Below, one piece after another: positions 28,667 through 37,728 of a stretch of 64,000 nt of DNA. Within the stretch, counting starts at the first letter, position 1, and every line of letters begins with the position of its first letter. A program made the translations under genes and the position numbers. Source of the DNA: Candidatus Lernaella stagnicola (GTDB lineage Bacteria; Lernaellota; Lernaellaia; Lernaellales; Lernaellaceae); assembly GCA_030765525.1 (NCBI GenBank), contig JAVCCK010000010.1, forward strand, positions 450,441-514,440. Reading direction: 5' to 3'. The notes under the pieces are model-generated. The model saw only the letters and a program-made list of their open reading frames with translations. It did no database searches and was not told the origin of the DNA.

Positions 28667-29275
28667 GTGAGTGAACAACAACACGACGGCCGCAAGCTGC
28701 GCGGGGAAAAAACCCGACGCGCGATTTTGATGGCGGCGATCCAAGTGCTTTCCGAACACGGCAAGGCGGGCTTTTCGGCGCGAACGGTGGCCGAGCAGGC
28801 CGGTATTAGCAAGGCGGCCCTTTTCCATCATTTTGCCAACATGGACGAAATCATTCGATCCTTATTTTTCGTCATTATGTCGGAAAGCGATTCCGAGCCG
28901 CGCATCGAGGCCGGGCAAAACCTGAAGCAGTATATCGAAACACGCCTGACCCGTATGGTGGACTTCATGGAGCGCTACGGCGGTACCGTGTCGGGGTATA
29001 TGCATGTTGTCGAAATCATGCGTTCGCATCCGGTGATGGGGCCGGAGTTGCAAAGCGTGCTGAAGGAGTACCAGGAGGAAATCGCCAAGCACATCTCCGC
29101 CCTGGCCGGGCCCGACGGCGACGCGACGCGCATTCGTCGCGCGTTGGATACCTTGGCGGCCATCTTGGAAGGCATCGGCGTGCTGTTGGCCTATTACAAC
29201 GAGCCGGACGATTTTCGCGACGCCATTCCGGACGTCGCCCGAATGTTTGCCAAATACATAAGGGGCGAAATATGA
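28667..29275 (+). CDS. TetR/AcrR-family transcriptional regulator
   Basis: N-terminal HTH RRAILMAAIQVLSEHGKAGFSARTVAEQAGISKAALFHHF. 202 aa. Confidence 0.8.
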   Translation: MSEQQHDGRKLRGEKTRRAILMAAIQVLSEHGKAGFSARTVAEQAGISKAALFHHFANMDEIIRSLFFVIMSESDSEPRIEAGQNLKQYIETRLTRMVDFMERYGGTVSGYMHVVEIMRSHPVMGPELQSVLKEYQEEIAKHISALAGPDGDATRIRRALDTLAAILEGIGVLLAYYNEPDDFRDAIPDVARMFAKYIRGEI

Positions 29276-30036
29276 AAACGAAATGCTTGATTGCGGCGAC
29301 GATACTCGTGCTGATAGCCGCGTCACTCGGCCTCACCGAGGAGATGGCGGCCAGGCAAATCATCGAGAAGGCCGACGACTTGATGCGCGGCGCGACAAGC
29401 TACTCGGAATTGACGATGAAGGTTCACTCGAAGCACTTCGACCGCGCCGTCGGCATGAAGGTGTGGACCCAGGACCGCGACAAGGCCTTTATTCTCGTGA
29501 TGTCCCCGGCCAAGGATCGCGGCGTGGCATTCTTGAAGCAAGACCGCGAAATGTGGAATTACCTGCCCAATGTCGAGCGTACGATCAAAATTCCGCCCTC
29601 GATGATGTCCCAAAGCTGGATGGGCTCGGACTTCACCAACAACGACTTGTCGCGGGCCGACACGATGATCGTGGATTACGATCACCATCTGGCCGGCACC
29701 GAAACCATCGACGGCGCGGAGTGTTGGAAGCTGGAGTTGATCACCAAACCCGACGCGCCGGTCGTGTGGAGCAAGATCGTCACTTGGGTTCAGAAGGACA
29801 ACATGGTGATGCGCAAAACCGAATACTATGACGAAGACGGCAGGGTAGCGCGGACCATGGAGACGAGCAAAATCGTCAAAACCAAAGACGGCAAGCTTGT
29901 CGCCTCCTACTGGAAAATGATCAACCACAAAAAACCCGGCAACTATACCGAAATGATTTATGACGAAGTCGAATTCGACGTGGCGATCCCGGCCGGGACG
30001 TTCACCAAACGCAACTTGACCAGGGGAGTGCGGTAA
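29272..30036 (+). CDS. LolA-like outer-membrane lipoprotein-sorting family protein (periplasmic)
   Basis: Signal peptide. Size and composition typical of the LolA-like carrier proteins that accompany FtsX/MacB-type ABC exporters. Start overlaps TetR stop. Confidence 0.55.
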   Translation: MKTKCLIAATILVLIAASLGLTEEMAARQIIEKADDLMRGATSYSELTMKVHSKHFDRAVGMKVWTQDRDKAFILVMSPAKDRGVAFLKQDREMWNYLPNVERTIKIPPSMMSQSWMGSDFTNNDLSRADTMIVDYDHHLAGTETIDGAECWKLELITKPDAPVVWSKIVTWVQKDNMVMRKTEYYDEDGRVARTMETSKIVKTKDGKLVASYWKMINHKKPGNYTEMIYDEVEFDVAIPAGTFTKRNLTRGVR

Positions 30037-30037
30037 A

Positions 30038-31273
30038 GTGCGAATCCTACTCGTAATGGCCTGGCGAAACCTGGGCCGCAACCGCAGGCGCACGGCGATC
30101 AACTTGTGCGCCATCGCCTTCGCGACGCTGACGATGGTCTTCATGAGCGCCATGCAGCGCGGCTCTTACGACCAGATGATCGACAGCGCCGTGAAAATGC
30201 AGACCGGACACCTGCAAATCCAGGCCGAGGGCTACCTCGAAGACCACGACATTCAATTGATGGTGCGCGATCTGGACAAGGTGTACCAGGCCGTCGACAC
30301 AACCCCCGGCGTCGTGGGCGCGGTGGGCCGCATCCGCGCCGGATTCCTGGTTGCCAAGGAAGAGGAATCGTTTGTTTCGCTGGTTACCGGCACCGACGCA
30401 AAGCGTGAGCGAGAAATTTCCAACCTGCCCAATTGGGTGAAACAAGGTGACTTTCTGGACCCGGCCGACCCGAAAGGCGCTGTGGTCGGCATCCGGTTGG
30501 CCAAAAACCTCGAGGCGGAAATCGGCGATGAACTCGTGCTCGTAGGGCAAGCGGTCGACGGCTCGGTGGCGGCGGAGAAGGTGCACATTCGCGGCTTGCT
30601 CGACACGGGCGTACCCGATTTGGACCGCATGGCGGTGTTCGTTAACTTGGAGCCGCTGCAACAGATCATGATGATGGACAACAGCGCCAGCGCCGTGGCG
30701 ATCTTGCTGGAGGGTCATCAGCAAGTTGCGGCGACGCAGGCGGCGTTGCAGCAGAAGGCGCAAGAGATTAACGACACGCTCGTGGCGCTGACGTGGAAGC
30801 AAGTCGAACCGGGCATCGACCAAAGCATCCAACTCGATAACGCCTCGGGTAAGGTGATGGTCTACATGCTGCTGCTCGTGGTCGCCTTCGGAATCCTGAA
30901 TACTTTTCTGATGAGCGCGTTCGAGCGATTCCGCGAATTCGGGGTACTCATGGCCATCGGCGTCAAACCGCGCACCTGCGCCTCTCTTCTGTTGATCGAA
31001 AGCCAGATCCTCGTGGTCGTCGGCTTCGTGATCGGTTTGATCGTCGGCGGTGGTATGGCGCTCTACTTTGCCGGCGCGGGAATCCCCCTCGGCGAGGCGG
31101 CCGGCGAGTTGATGAAGCAGTACGGCCTGTCCGACCGCATCTTCCCGACAATGAACCTCGGCATCGCCTGGCTCGTTTTCCTGCAGGTATGGCTGACCAC
31201 CCTGGTTGTCGCGCTGTACCCGGCGTTCAAGATCACCCGCTTCCGGCCGCTAGAAGCGCTTCGCTATCAATGA
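30038..31273 (+). CDS. ABC transporter permease, FtsX/MacB-like
   Basis: N-terminal TM, large periplasmic domain, C-terminal 3 TM with FtsX signature (LLLVVAFGILNTFLMSAFERFREFGVLMAIG). Confidence 0.7.
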   Translation: MRILLVMAWRNLGRNRRRTAINLCAIAFATLTMVFMSAMQRGSYDQMIDSAVKMQTGHLQIQAEGYLEDHDIQLMVRDLDKVYQAVDTTPGVVGAVGRIRAGFLVAKEEESFVSLVTGTDAKREREISNLPNWVKQGDFLDPADPKGAVVGIRLAKNLEAEIGDELVLVGQAVDGSVAAEKVHIRGLLDTGVPDLDRMAVFVNLEPLQQIMMMDNSASAVAILLEGHQQVAATQAALQQKAQEINDTLVALTWKQVEPGIDQSIQLDNASGKVMVYMLLLVVAFGILNTFLMSAFERFREFGVLMAIGVKPRTCASLLLIESQILVVVGFVIGLIVGGGMALYFAGAGIPLGEAAGELMKQYGLSDRIFPTMNLGIAWLVFLQVWLTTLVVALYPAFKITRFRPLEALRYQ

Positions 31274-31281
31274 GGTGAACC

Positions 31282-32517
31282 GTGTTGCTTTCCAAAATGC
31301 TGTGGCTGACCGCATGGCGGAACCTGTGGCGTAATAAACGCCGCACGCTTATTCTGCTTGCCGCTATCGTTGTCGGTTTGCTCGGGGTGATTTTTTACAT
31401 CGCCCTGGTCAACGCCTGGTGGGGGCAGTCGGTCGAAAACGCCGTGGCGATCCTCACCGGCCACGTGCAGGTGCAGGCGCCGGGCTACCACGAAAATCCG
31501 CAACTGAAGCGGAACATCGCCATCGATCCCGCCCTGCGGCCGAAAATCATGAACATCGACCACGTCGCCGGCGCCGCGGCCCGCATCAAAACGATGATTC
31601 TGGTTTCTAACTCTGAGAAATCCGAAATGGCGCAGCTTATCGCCACCGAGCCCGGCCACGAACCGCAAGTTTCGATGATCCCGAATTCGATCGTCGAGGG
31701 GCGATGGCTCACCAGTAAGGACGAACGCAAGATCGTCATCGGCCGGACGATGGCCGAACGCTTCAAAACTAAACTCAACCGGCGGATGATCGTGCGCGCC
31801 ACGGCGCCCAGCGGCGAGGTCGTCGACCAAGTCTTTCGTATCGTAGGCATCTACGACACGGGCCTAAAGAGCTTCGACAAAAGCGCGGTGTACGTGCGCC
31901 TGAACGATGCTCAAACGATGTTCGGCATGGAAAACCGCGCCACCGAATGGGTCGTGGCCACCCAACTGCCCGATCACGCCGTAGAGGTGGCCGCCTTGGT
32001 CGGCGGGCTCGTGCCCCCGAAAGAAACCGTCGTAACCACCTGGATGGACCTGAACCCGCTGGTGGTCAAAACCATGGAGCTATCCCAGTTCTTCATGTGG
32101 TTCTTCAACATGTTCTTCTACCTGGCCATGGCGTTCGGCGTGGCAAACACGATGCTGATGAGCGTGCTGGAGCGCACCAAGGAAATCGGCATGATGCTCG
32201 CGCTGGGAGTGAAGCGCTCGATGATCCTCACCGTGATTCTTCTCGAAGCCCTTTTACTGGCGTGTGTGGCGGGCATCGTCGGCGGCGCGCTGGGCGGCGG
32301 TTTGGTCGGGTGGGCGAGCGAACGCGGCCTGGATCTCTCGGCGTGGGTCGATGGGATGAGCTATGCGGGCATGCGCGGCGTACTGCATCCATACGTGCGA
32401 GTCACCGACATGATTCTGGCCATCGCCGTCACCGCCGTCGTGGCGGTCTTGATGGCCATCTACCCGGCATGGAAAGCGAGTCGAATGAATCCAACCACCG
32501 CCCTGCGGCATGTGTGA
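31282..32517 (+). CDS. ABC transporter permease, FtsX/MacB-like (second copy)
   Basis: Same architecture (MFFYLAMAFGVANTMLMSVLERTKEIGMMLALG). Preceded by the same tgaggtgaac context seen before the ATPase gene. Confidence 0.7.
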   Translation: MLLSKMLWLTAWRNLWRNKRRTLILLAAIVVGLLGVIFYIALVNAWWGQSVENAVAILTGHVQVQAPGYHENPQLKRNIAIDPALRPKIMNIDHVAGAAARIKTMILVSNSEKSEMAQLIATEPGHEPQVSMIPNSIVEGRWLTSKDERKIVIGRTMAERFKTKLNRRMIVRATAPSGEVVDQVFRIVGIYDTGLKSFDKSAVYVRLNDAQTMFGMENRATEWVVATQLPDHAVEVAALVGGLVPPKETVVTTWMDLNPLVVKTMELSQFFMWFFNMFFYLAMAFGVANTMLMSVLERTKEIGMMLALGVKRSMILTVILLEALLLACVAGIVGGALGGGLVGWASERGLDLSAWVDGMSYAGMRGVLHPYVRVTDMILAIAVTAVVAVLMAIYPAWKASRMNPTTALRHV

Positions 32518-32527
32518 GGTGAACGAA

Positions 32528-33220
32528 ATGGCTATTGTGGTTTGCGAAAACGTGAAGAAAACCTACGAAGTGGGCAAAGTGCTGGTGCCGGCGTTGCGCG
32601 GCGTAAACCTGACGATCAACGAGGGCGAGTTTACGGCGATAGCCGGCCCTTCCGGATCGGGCAAGTCGACGTTGCTGAACATGATCGGCGCGCTGGACGT
32701 GCCTACCGCGGGCAAGGTGACGGTGGCCGGGATGGATTTGCGCACGAAATCGGCGACCGAACTCAGTTGCCTGCGGCGCGACCGAATCGGCTTCGTTTTT
32801 CAGGCCTACAACTTGATACCGGTACTGACCGCGGTGGAAAACGTCGAGTTCATTTTGATGATTCGTGGCGTGTCCGCCGGCGAACGGCGTGCCCGTTCTT
32901 TGGCGATACTCAAGCGGGTCGGTCTGGCCGACATGGCCCACCGGCGGCCGAACGAACTCTCGGGTGGGCAGCAGCAGCGCGTGGCCGTGGCGCGGGCGAT
33001 CGTCAGCCGGCCGCAGTTGATCCTGGCCGACGAGCCCACCGCGAACCTGGACAGCAAGACCTCGGCGGGATTGATCGACCTGATGCTCGAACTCAACGAA
33101 AGCGAAAAGATGACTTTTGTCTTTTCAAGCCACGACCAACTCGTTATGAAGCGCAGCCACCGGTTGCTGATTCTCAAAGACGGCCAAATCGTGGAGGACA
33201 ACCAACAAAATGCCGCGTAG
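32528..33220 (+). CDS. ABC transporter ATP-binding protein (MacB/LolD-like)
   Basis: Walker A GPSGSGKST. Q-loop. Signature LSGGQQQRVAVARA. Walker B LILADEPT. Start at ATG 32528 after GAGGTGAA. Confidence 0.8.
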   Translation: MAIVVCENVKKTYEVGKVLVPALRGVNLTINEGEFTAIAGPSGSGKSTLLNMIGALDVPTAGKVTVAGMDLRTKSATELSCLRRDRIGFVFQAYNLIPVLTAVENVEFILMIRGVSAGERRARSLAILKRVGLADMAHRRPNELSGGQQQRVAVARAIVSRPQLILADEPTANLDSKTSAGLIDLMLELNESEKMTFVFSSHDQLVMKRSHRLLILKDGQIVEDNQQNAA

Positions 33221-34523
33221 GTTCTGCTTGATCGTTGTCCTTTTCGTCCTTTGGGCGACGCCCGTTCTGGCGCTGCCGGGCGTCGAGGCCGGGCCCTTTA
33301 CCTGGCGGCTGTCGGGCTATTTGAAATCCCTGGGTTCGGTAACTCAGGGGGCGGGATACTACCAAGCCGCCGAACTGACGGAACGCGAAACCTTCTGGAA
33401 CAACGCGTCGCGCGTGCGCTTGAAATCCGACATGTACTTGGGCGATCCCTTGGAGTTCGTGGTCAACTACGAACTGTTCGCCAACGCCGGCGACGACCAA
33501 CGTTTGCGCCGCGCCGCCGCGGAAAAATACGGCGACTCGGCCTTGGGACGGCAAGTGCTGGAGAGCATATTCCCGGACATCCAAACGCCGCAGTACATGG
33601 CCCTGGATCATCGCATCGACGAAAACGACGACTACCGCCTCGACCATCGTCTCGACCGCTTGTACCTGCGTATGCACGCCGGGCCGTGGGACATCACACT
33701 CGGGCGGCAGGCGCTGACGTGGGGACCCGGCCGGTTGTGGAATCCGACCGATTACCTGGCGTCGTTCTCGCCCACCGAAATCGACAAAGAGGAAAAGCGC
33801 GGTGTCGACCTGCTGCATACGCGTATTTCGGCCCACCCGAATTTGACTCTCGAAGCGTACGCGGCGCCCGTGCGTAAGGGCGACGACGACGTCGACGGCG
33901 ATCAGTCGGCCGCGGCGGGTCGGGCGGCGGCGCGCTTTCTCGATGCGGAAATGGCGCTGTCCGGCGGGTGGTTGTACGACCGGGCCAAGGTCGGCCTGTC
34001 GTTTGATGGCTTGCTGTGGGATGCGGGTTTTCGCTGGGCGGTGACACGGACGACCGTCGAGGGCGTGCCCAATGAGGTGTTCTACCAGGGCGTCGTAAAT
34101 GTCGACTATGCCTGGGGCGTGCGGTGGAATCCGTATTTGCTCGTGGAGTACTACCATAACGGTTTCGGCAAGGACGACCCCGACGAGTATGCCGATCTGC
34201 TCCAAGAACCGGCCTACGTGGGGGCCTACCAGCGGGGCGAGGTGTTCAACGTGGGCCGCAATTACGCGGGCGCGGTGCTGAGCCTCCAACCCCACGCGCT
34301 GGTGATGCTCGGCGAAACGCTGATCGTAAACCTGGGCGACAGCAGCCTGTTCAACAACCTCGTCGTGACATGGTCGGTCGTGCAAAACCTCGACGTGCTG
34401 CTCGGCGCGCAGCATTCCTTTGGATCGGTACCCAGCGAATACGGCGGTGTCGAAAACCCGCTGGGCGGCGACGACATCACGGTGCCCGATTTCTATTACA
34501 CGTATTTGAAATACTATTTCTAA
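33210..34523 (+). CDS. outer-membrane beta-barrel protein (putative channel partner of the ABC exporter)
   Basis: Signal peptide LFVLWATPVLALPGVEA. Alternating strand pattern. C-terminal ...YTYLKYYF aromatic terminus. Confidence 0.5.
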   Translation: MPRRFCLIVVLFVLWATPVLALPGVEAGPFTWRLSGYLKSLGSVTQGAGYYQAAELTERETFWNNASRVRLKSDMYLGDPLEFVVNYELFANAGDDQRLRRAAAEKYGDSALGRQVLESIFPDIQTPQYMALDHRIDENDDYRLDHRLDRLYLRMHAGPWDITLGRQALTWGPGRLWNPTDYLASFSPTEIDKEEKRGVDLLHTRISAHPNLTLEAYAAPVRKGDDDVDGDQSAAAGRAAARFLDAEMALSGGWLYDRAKVGLSFDGLLWDAGFRWAVTRTTVEGVPNEVFYQGVVNVDYAWGVRWNPYLLVEYYHNGFGKDDPDEYADLLQEPAYVGAYQRGEVFNVGRNYAGAVLSLQPHALVMLGETLIVNLGDSSLFNNLVVTWSVVQNLDVLLGAQHSFGSVPSEYGGVENPLGGDDITVPDFYYTYLKYYF

Positions 34524-34543
34524 TTTCGGCGAGGGTGAAAAAA

Positions 34544-35704
34544 GTGCGCCTGACTTATCTGCGGTTGTTGGTCCTCGTGGTCGCCGTGTTGTTCGTGGCG
34601 ACCTGCGGCTCCGGCGGTGAGGACAATTCAACCTTGCGCGGTGATACCGACGGCGACGACGACGATGATGTCGGCGACGATGACGTCGGCAGCGACGACG
34701 ACGACGATGACGACGACAACACACCGCCGCCCGGCGATTGCGTCGTGCCGACCGACGGCATGTGGATACTAGAAGACACCGTGTTGTGCCCGAGCGACGA
34801 ACCTTACGAACTGGAAGGCTCGGAATCGGGCGCGTTGTTTATCGCCTCATCCGACGTGACGCTAACCGCTTACGGTGTCACGTTGCAGGGCGTCGGCACC
34901 GGAGTCGGCGTTAGCCTCTACACGGACGGTTTGAGCGACGTGGAAATTGCCGGGCTCACGCTGGTGAACTACGACAGAGGCGTGGCGGGGTACGGCTCGT
35001 TCACCAACATCACGCTGCGCGAGCTTACGATTGCCGATTCGGGCGACGCGCACGTCTTTATCGGCCCACCGGGCAAGGCTGCGGGCGTCTGCCGGAACAT
35101 CCGCTTTTTGGACTTGGCGGTTCGCGACAGCTACAACACCGGAGTCGTGTGCGCGGAATGCACAGAATCGCTTATGCGCGGCATCACCTCGACCAACGAG
35201 CGCGAAGGCGTTATCGAGTCCAACCTCGTACTACTCGGCGGTTCGAGTAACACCATCGAAGACAACACGATTACTACCCGCAATTCCGCGGGCTGCAACG
35301 CCATCTGGTTGTCCGGAGTTTCCGAGACCCTGGTACAGAACAACCACGTCGACGTCGGCTACAAAGACGGTAGCCACCAGCACGGCAGTTCGTGGAATGT
35401 GTTCGCCGGCAACGAGTTCCGCGTGGGATTTTCCGCTGCTTACAACGTGCGGGTGCTGGATTTGGATACCGGCGCCGACAAAGCGGACCGCTGCCACGTC
35501 TATCCCAAAGGCTACGTACCTCCGACCACCAAGGAAATCATCCCCTCCACCGACAACACGTATTACGGAAACTCCTTTGCGACGGGGCTCTTCAAAGACG
35601 AATCGGATCGGGGCACGTTCTGCGTGGATGGCAGCGGTAACGACTATATCGACGGCGCGAGCTATCAGGGCCCGGACGAAAACGGTGGCACCTGCCCAGA
35701 CTAA
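34544..35704 (+). CDS. lipoprotein with poly-Asp linker and right-handed parallel beta-helix (pectate-lyase-like) domain
   Basis: Lipobox VATCGSG. Linker DTDGDDDDDVGDDDVGSDDDDDDDDNTPPPGD. Repeated N/G/V-rich rungs (NITLRELTIADSG, NTIEDNTITTRNSAGCNAIWLSG). Confidence 0.5.
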   Translation: MRLTYLRLLVLVVAVLFVATCGSGGEDNSTLRGDTDGDDDDDVGDDDVGSDDDDDDDDNTPPPGDCVVPTDGMWILEDTVLCPSDEPYELEGSESGALFIASSDVTLTAYGVTLQGVGTGVGVSLYTDGLSDVEIAGLTLVNYDRGVAGYGSFTNITLRELTIADSGDAHVFIGPPGKAAGVCRNIRFLDLAVRDSYNTGVVCAECTESLMRGITSTNEREGVIESNLVLLGGSSNTIEDNTITTRNSAGCNAIWLSGVSETLVQNNHVDVGYKDGSHQHGSSWNVFAGNEFRVGFSAAYNVRVLDLDTGADKADRCHVYPKGYVPPTTKEIIPSTDNTYYGNSFATGLFKDESDRGTFCVDGSGNDYIDGASYQGPDENGGTCPD

Positions 35705-35796
35705 TTGCGCCGCGGCCGCGGTGAAACCCTTGACACAATGATTATGGTACGAATGAACGAGGAAACACCCCCCAACCTGTTTCGAAGGAGAAAACG

Positions 35797-36384
35797 ATGT
35801 TTGCTAAGCGAATTCTTGTCACGCTTTCGATCACGGCCGCGATCATGCTGGCGCTGATGATGGTGCCCCAGAGTTCAACGGCACAGGGAAAACCGAGCCT
35901 CGACCAGAAAACGCAAGACGCGCTGGCGGCTTCGATCAACGACGAATACAAAGCGCAGGCGCTGTATGCGAAAATCATGGAGAAATTCGGCCCGCAACGG
36001 CCGTTTGCCAACATCATCCAGGGCGAATCCCGACATATCGAGATGCTCAAGCCGCTTTTTACCCGCTACGGTGTGGAAGTACCCGCCGATGATTGGGCAA
36101 GCAAGTTGGAAGCTCCAGGCACGATGCTCGAGGCTTGCAAAGAGGGCGTGACCGCCGAAAAAGAAAACGTGGCGATGTACGATGGATTCCTATCCTTCGT
36201 CAAGGAAAACGACATTCGCGAGGTCTTTACCTATTTGCGTGACGCTTCGCAGAACAATCACTTACCCGCCTTCGAACGTTGCGTGGCCCGTGGCGGCGAA
36301 ATGGGTCCCGGCAGAGGCATGGGCCGCGGCCAAAAAGACGGGATGGGCCAAGGACGCGGCGGTGGCCAAGGACGAGGCAGGTAG
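35797..36384 (+). CDS. DUF2202-like ferritin-like secreted protein with Gly/Arg-rich tail
   Basis: Signal peptide. INDEYKAQALYAKIMEKFGPQRPFANIIQGESRHIEMLKPL matches the DUF2202 ferritin-like helix pair. C-terminal GRGMGRGQKDGMGQGRGGGQGRGR. Confidence 0.55.
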   Translation: MFAKRILVTLSITAAIMLALMMVPQSSTAQGKPSLDQKTQDALAASINDEYKAQALYAKIMEKFGPQRPFANIIQGESRHIEMLKPLFTRYGVEVPADDWASKLEAPGTMLEACKEGVTAEKENVAMYDGFLSFVKENDIREVFTYLRDASQNNHLPAFERCVARGGEMGPGRGMGRGQKDGMGQGRGGGQGRGR

Positions 36385-36407
36385 GAGAGCAATTCAACTT
36401 ACACGAG

Positions 36408-36430
36408 GCCGGCCTTCGAGCCGGCTTTTT
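36408..36430 (+). terminator. intrinsic terminator (6-bp GC stem gccggc/gccggc, loop cttcga, T5)
   Basis: gccggccttcgagccggcttttt lies 24 nt after the DUF2202 gene stop. Confidence 0.5.
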
Positions 36431-36458
36431 GTTTAGCAGGAGGGTGGCGAAACGATCA

Positions 36459-37727
36459 TCACGGCGTCAGACAGCACCGAAACCCGTCGTCGGCGTGGGC
36501 GTCGTCAGGCGGATGGTGGTGCAGCGAGGCCACCGATTCACCGTAGCCGATAAAGCGCCAACCGAAAAAAGGCAGCAGGGCCTGCCCATTGATGGGATTC
36601 ACGTTGAACGAGCCGCCGCGCAGCGCGCGGTCGGGCCAGCCGTCTTGCCAAAGCTCGTCGGTCCATTCGCTGACGTTGCCGGTCATGTCGTAGGCGCCGT
36701 ACGGGCTTTTGCACTTTGGGAAGCGGCCGGTCGGCGCCAGGGGGCGCGCGCCGATTTCCCGCGTGAAGGTGTTGCACACGCCGGAGTCGAACTCCCAGCC
36801 GTTGGGATACAACAGGCCGGCCGGGCCGCCGGCGGCCTTTTGCCATTCTGCGCCGGTGCACAGACGCTTACCGACCCGCTCGCAGGCCGCTTTCGCCTGG
36901 GACCAGCGGACCAATGTCCAGGGCACGACGCCCGCGCGGCTCGTGGCGGCCTTGTCGTGACCGCCATCCGGACTGGTCGCCGTGGCTTCGGGTCGCGAAC
37001 CCTCGTAGCGGTCAATGCAAAAGTCGCCGACTTCCACGACGCGGTCTTGTTCGCCGGAGAAAATATAGCGCTGCCCGCTGACGCGAAACACCGCCGGGCC
37101 CGCCGGCACGCGCACCATATCGCGGGGGCAACGAAAACGAGCGCGCGGCAAACGCTTGGGGGCGTCCGCCCAGCGAAAGCGGTTCTGGTCACCGATGGAA
37201 AAAGTGGGGTAACCAGGATGGTTTTCAGGTGGTCGCCCGGCCGCGTTATGCGCGGCCGTATGCGCGTTGATTAGTCGTCGGGAATCCCACAACGTGGCGT
37301 CCAACCGCCAATGATCGCCGCTACGCTGCCACTGGGTCGGGAACTCAAGGGCGTATGCGTAGCCGCCCAGCACGATCGACATGCGGACGGTAGCCAGGGC
37401 GCCCTCGCCATCGGCATCGACGGCGACCAGGTCGATCGAGCGCACCATGTCGCGGTAGGTTGTCGTCATGCCTTCGATCAGCCGGCGGTGAGGGTCGGGT
37501 TTGGACCCGCGCGCGGCAAACGCACTCTCCAAGCCTCGCAACCACCATTGGCGCTTGGCGTTTTCGGTCAGGTAGCCGCCGGCGGCGGTGAAGTCGTCGG
37601 CGACGATGGCGTCGCGCAAGTGCCGCAAGTCGCGGGCGATCTCACGCCGCGGCGAAGAGAAGAGGCCGCCGAGTAAAAGCAGCGCGCCCAGTACGAGGCC
37701 GCCGGTGAGGATTAGGCGATTTCGCAT
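36459..37727 (-). CDS. membrane-anchored periplasmic FGE-sulfatase (SUMF1/EgtB/PvdO) domain protein
   Basis: N-terminal TM. C-terminal FGE-domain hallmarks GAEWQKAAGG...YDMTGNVSEWTDE...RALRGGSF. Confidence 0.65.
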   Translation of the reverse strand: MRNRLILTGGLVLGALLLLGGLFSSPRREIARDLRHLRDAIVADDFTAAGGYLTENAKRQWWLRGLESAFAARGSKPDPHRRLIEGMTTTYRDMVRSIDLVAVDADGEGALATVRMSIVLGGYAYALEFPTQWQRSGDHWRLDATLWDSRRLINAHTAAHNAAGRPPENHPGYPTFSIGDQNRFRWADAPKRLPRARFRCPRDMVRVPAGPAVFRVSGQRYIFSGEQDRVVEVGDFCIDRYEGSRPEATATSPDGGHDKAATSRAGVVPWTLVRWSQAKAACERVGKRLCTGAEWQKAAGGPAGLLYPNGWEFDSGVCNTFTREIGARPLAPTGRFPKCKSPYGAYDMTGNVSEWTDELWQDGWPDRALRGGSFNVNPINGQALLPFFGWRFIGYGESVASLHHHPPDDAHADDGFRCCLTP

Positions 37728-37728
37728 G

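Noticed and set aside
33174-34724. 516-aa minus-strand ORF (MCCRRHRRRRRCRRHRRR...) overlapping the OMP gene
   Set aside because: Extreme Arg/His/Pro composition typical of an antisense frame through high-GC coding DNA. The plus-strand ORF 33210-34523 has a signal peptide, beta-barrel features and operon context.
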